64,000 nucleotides of DNA from Nemertoderma westbladi (taxonomy: Eukaryota > Animalia > Xenacoelomorpha): the NCBI GenBank assembly GCA_032718475.1, contig JAUCBJ010004707.1, positions 1 to 64,000 on the forward strand, written 5' to 3'. The notes under the pieces were generated by a model. That model made no database searches and was not told where the DNA came from. It saw only the letters and a program-made list of their open reading frames with translations. Below are positions 61,101 to 64,000 of this stretch, piece after piece. Both the position numbers and the translations under genes were made by a program. Each line of letters opens with the position of its first letter. Positions within the stretch are counted from its first letter, which is position 1.

Positions 61101-64000
61101 GTTTGTAGGTGAGGGACCCTTCTAGTGCGCTTTATATATTTGTTTGTAGGTGTGGGACCCTTCTAGTGCGCTTTATATATTTGTTTGTAGGTGTGGGACC
61201 CTTCTAGTGCGCTTTATATATTTGTTTGTAGGTGTGGGACCCTTCTAGTGCGCTTTATATATTTGTTTGTAGGTGTGGGACCCTTCTAGTGCGCTTTATA
61301 TATTTGTTTGTAGGTGTGGGACCCTTCTAGTGCGCTTATATATTTGTTTGTAGGTGTGGGACCCTTCTAGTGCGCTTTATATATTTGTTTGTAGGTGTGG
61401 GACCCTTCTAGTGCGCTTTATATATTTGTTTGTAGGTGTGGGACCCTTCTAGTGCGCTTATATATTTGTTTGTAGGTGTGGGACCCTTCTAGTGCGCTTT
61501 ATATATTTGTTTGTAGGTGTGGGACCCTTCTAGTGCGCTTTATATATTTGTTTGTAGGTGTGGGACCCTTCTAGTGCGCTTATATATTTGTTTGTAGGTG
61601 TGGGACCCTTCTAGTGCGCTTTATATATTTGTTTGTAGGTGTGGGACCCTTCTAGTGCGCTTTATATATTTGTTTGTAGGTGTGGGACCCTTCTAGTGCG
61701 CTTTATATATTTGTTTGTAGGTGTGGGACCCTTCTAGTGCGCTTTATATATTTGTTTGTAGGTGTGGGACCCTTCTAGTGCGCTTTATATATTTGTTTGT
61801 AGGTGTGGGACCCTTCTAGTGCGCTTTATATATTTGTTTGTAGGTGTGGGACCCTTCTAGTGCGCTTTATATATTTGTTTGTAGGTGTGGGACCCTTCTA
61901 GTGCGCTTTATATATTTGTTTGTAGGTGTGGGACCCTTCTAGTGCGCTTTATATATTTGTTTGTAGGTGTGGGACCCTTCTAGTGCGCTTTATATATTTG
62001 TTTGTAGGTGTGGGACCCTTCTAGTGCGCTTTATATATTTGTTTGTAGGTGTGGGACCCTTCTAGTGCGCTTTATATATTTGTTTGTAGGTGTGGGACCC
62101 TTCTAGTGCGCTTTATATATTTGTTTGTAGGTGTGGGACCCTTCTAGTGCGCTTTATATATTTGTTTGTTGGTGTGGGACCCTTCTAGTGCGCTTTATAT
62201 ATTTGTTTGTAGGTGTGGGACCCTTCTAGTGCGCTTTATATATTTGTTTGTAGGTGTGGGACCCTTCTAGTGCGCTTTATATATTTGTTTGTAGGTGTGG
62301 GACCCTTCTAGTGCGCTTTATATATTTGTTTGTAGGTGTGGGACCCTTCTAGTGCGCTTTATATATTTGTTTGTAGGTGTGGGACCCTTCTAGTGCGCTT
62401 TATATATTTGTTTGTAGGTGTGGGACCCTTCTAGTGCGCTTTATATATTTGTTTGTAGGTGTGGGACCCTTCTAGTGCGCTTTATATATTTGTTTGTAGG
62501 TGTGGGACCCTTCTAGTGCGCTTTATATATTTGTTTGTTGGTGTGGGACCCTTCTAGTGCGCTTTATATATTTGTTTGTAGGTGTGGGACCCTTCTAGTG
62601 CGCTTTATATATTTGTTTGTAGGTGTGGGACCCTTCTAGTGCGCTTTATATATTTGTTTGTAGGTGTGGGACCCTTCTAGTGCGCTTTATATATTTGTTT
62701 GTAGGTGTGGGACCCTTCTAGTGCGCTTTATATATTTGTTTGTAGGTGTGGGACCCTTCTAGTGCGCTTTATATATTTGTTTGTAGGTGTGGGACCCTTC
62801 TAGTGCGCTTTATATATTTGTTTGTAGGTGTGGGACCCTTCTAGTGCGCTTTATATATTTGTTTGTAGGTGTGGGACCCTTCTAGTGCGCTTTATATATT
62901 TGTTTGTAGGTGTGGGACCCTTCTAGTGCGCTTTATATATTTGTTTGTAGGTGTGGGACCCTTCTAGTGCGCTTTATATATTTGTTTGTAGGTGTGGGAC
63001 CCTTCTAGTGCGCTTTATATATTTGTTTGTAGGTGTGGGACCCTTCTAGTGCGCTTTATATATTTGTTTGTAGGTGTGGGACCCTTCTAGTGCGCTTTAT
63101 ATATTTGTTTGTAGGTGTGGGACCCTTCTAGTGCGCTTTATATATTTGTTTGTAGGTGTGGGACCCTTCTAGTGCGCTTTATATATTTGTTTGTAGGTGT
63201 GGGACCCTTCTAGTGCGCTTTATATATTTGTTTGTAGGTGTGGGACCCTTCTAGTGCGCTTTATATATTTGTTTGTAGGTGTGGGACCCTTCTAGTGCGC
63301 TTTATATATTTGTTTGTAGGTGTGGGACCCTTCTAGTGCGCTTTATATATTTGTTTGTAGGTGTGGGACCCTTCTAGTGCGCTTTATATATTTGTTTGTA
63401 GGTGTGGGACCCTTCTAGTGCGCTTTATATATTTGTTTGTAGGTGTGGGACCCTTCTAGTGCGCTTTATATATTTGTTTGTAGGTGTGGGACCCTTCTAG
63501 TGCGCTTTATATATTTGTTTGTAGGTGTGGGACCCTTCTAGTGCGCTTTATATATTTGTTTGTAGGTGTGGGACCCTTCTAGTGCGCTTTATATATTTGT
63601 TTGTAGGTGTGGGACCCTTCTAGTGCGCTTTATATATTTGTTTGTAGGTGTGGGACCCTTCTAGTGCGCTTTATATATTTGTTTGTAGGTGTGGGACCCT
63701 TCTAGTGCGCTTTATATATTTGTTTGTAGGTGTGGGACCCTTCTAGTGCGCTTTATATATTTGTTTGTAGGTGTGGGACCCTTCTAGTGCGCTTTATATA
63801 TTTGTTTGTAGGTGTGGGACCCTTCTAGTGCGCTTTATATATTTGTTTGTAGGTGTGGGACCCTTCTAGTGCGCTTTATATATTTGTTTGTAGGTGTGGG
63901 ACCCTTCTAGTGCGCTTTATATATTTGTTTGTAGGTGTGGGACCCTTCTAGTGCGCTTTATATATTTGTTTGTAGGTGTGGGACCCTTCTAGTGCGCTTT
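37134..64000. repeat. 41-bp satellite (TGCGCTTTATATATTTGTTTGTAGGTGTGGGACCCTTCTAG)n, ~655 copies in window, continues past the end; probably an amplified 3' splice junction
   Basis: Tandem array read directly. The unit is a T-rich tract + TAG + GTG TGG GAC CCT TCT AGT GCG CT. Confidence 0.98.

Noticed and set aside
2106-64000. CRISPR-like appearance of 24-41 bp repeats next to a reverse transcriptase
   Set aside because: Units are head-to-tail with no unique spacers and there are no cas genes. The context is a spliced eukaryotic gene and the RT is a decayed LINE, not a retron, DGR or Cas1-RT.
37134-64000. Telomeric or centromeric satellite; TATA-box array
   Set aside because: No telomere motif. 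The monomer matches a locus-specific splice junction, and TATATA sits in the acceptor's T-rich tract. A centromeric role cannot be assessed from sequence alone.

Overview
Eukaryotic (invertebrate-like, AT-rich introns) genomic DNA. The window lies inside one large + strand cadherin-superfamily gene whose start and end are outside the window. I traced 26 GT-AG exons by hand (1642-36684). They join with matching phases and no stop codons, and encode about 13 extracellular cadherin (EC) repeats plus one divergent F-type-lectin-like domain on a phase-symmetric exon in the middle of an EC repeat. About 70% of the window is four intronic tandem arrays: 36 bp (~3.6 kb), 27/29 bp (~11.3 kb), 24 bp (~2.9 kb) and 41 bp (>26.8 kb, running off the end). 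The most striking observation is that the two biggest arrays appear to be amplified copies of the gene's own splice junctions. The 27/29-mer is the last 25 nt of an exon plus its GTGAG donor. The 41-mer looks like an intron 3' end plus the first codons (VWDPSSAL) of the next exon. Both are bounded by short microhomologies. The pre-mRNA would therefore carry hundreds of decoy donors or acceptors. Introns also hold RTE-type LINE fragments and tRNA-derived SINE-like elements, one of which seeded the 36-bp array. The long repetitive ORFs in the ORF track are satellite artefacts. No database searches were possible, so family assignments rest on motif recognition.
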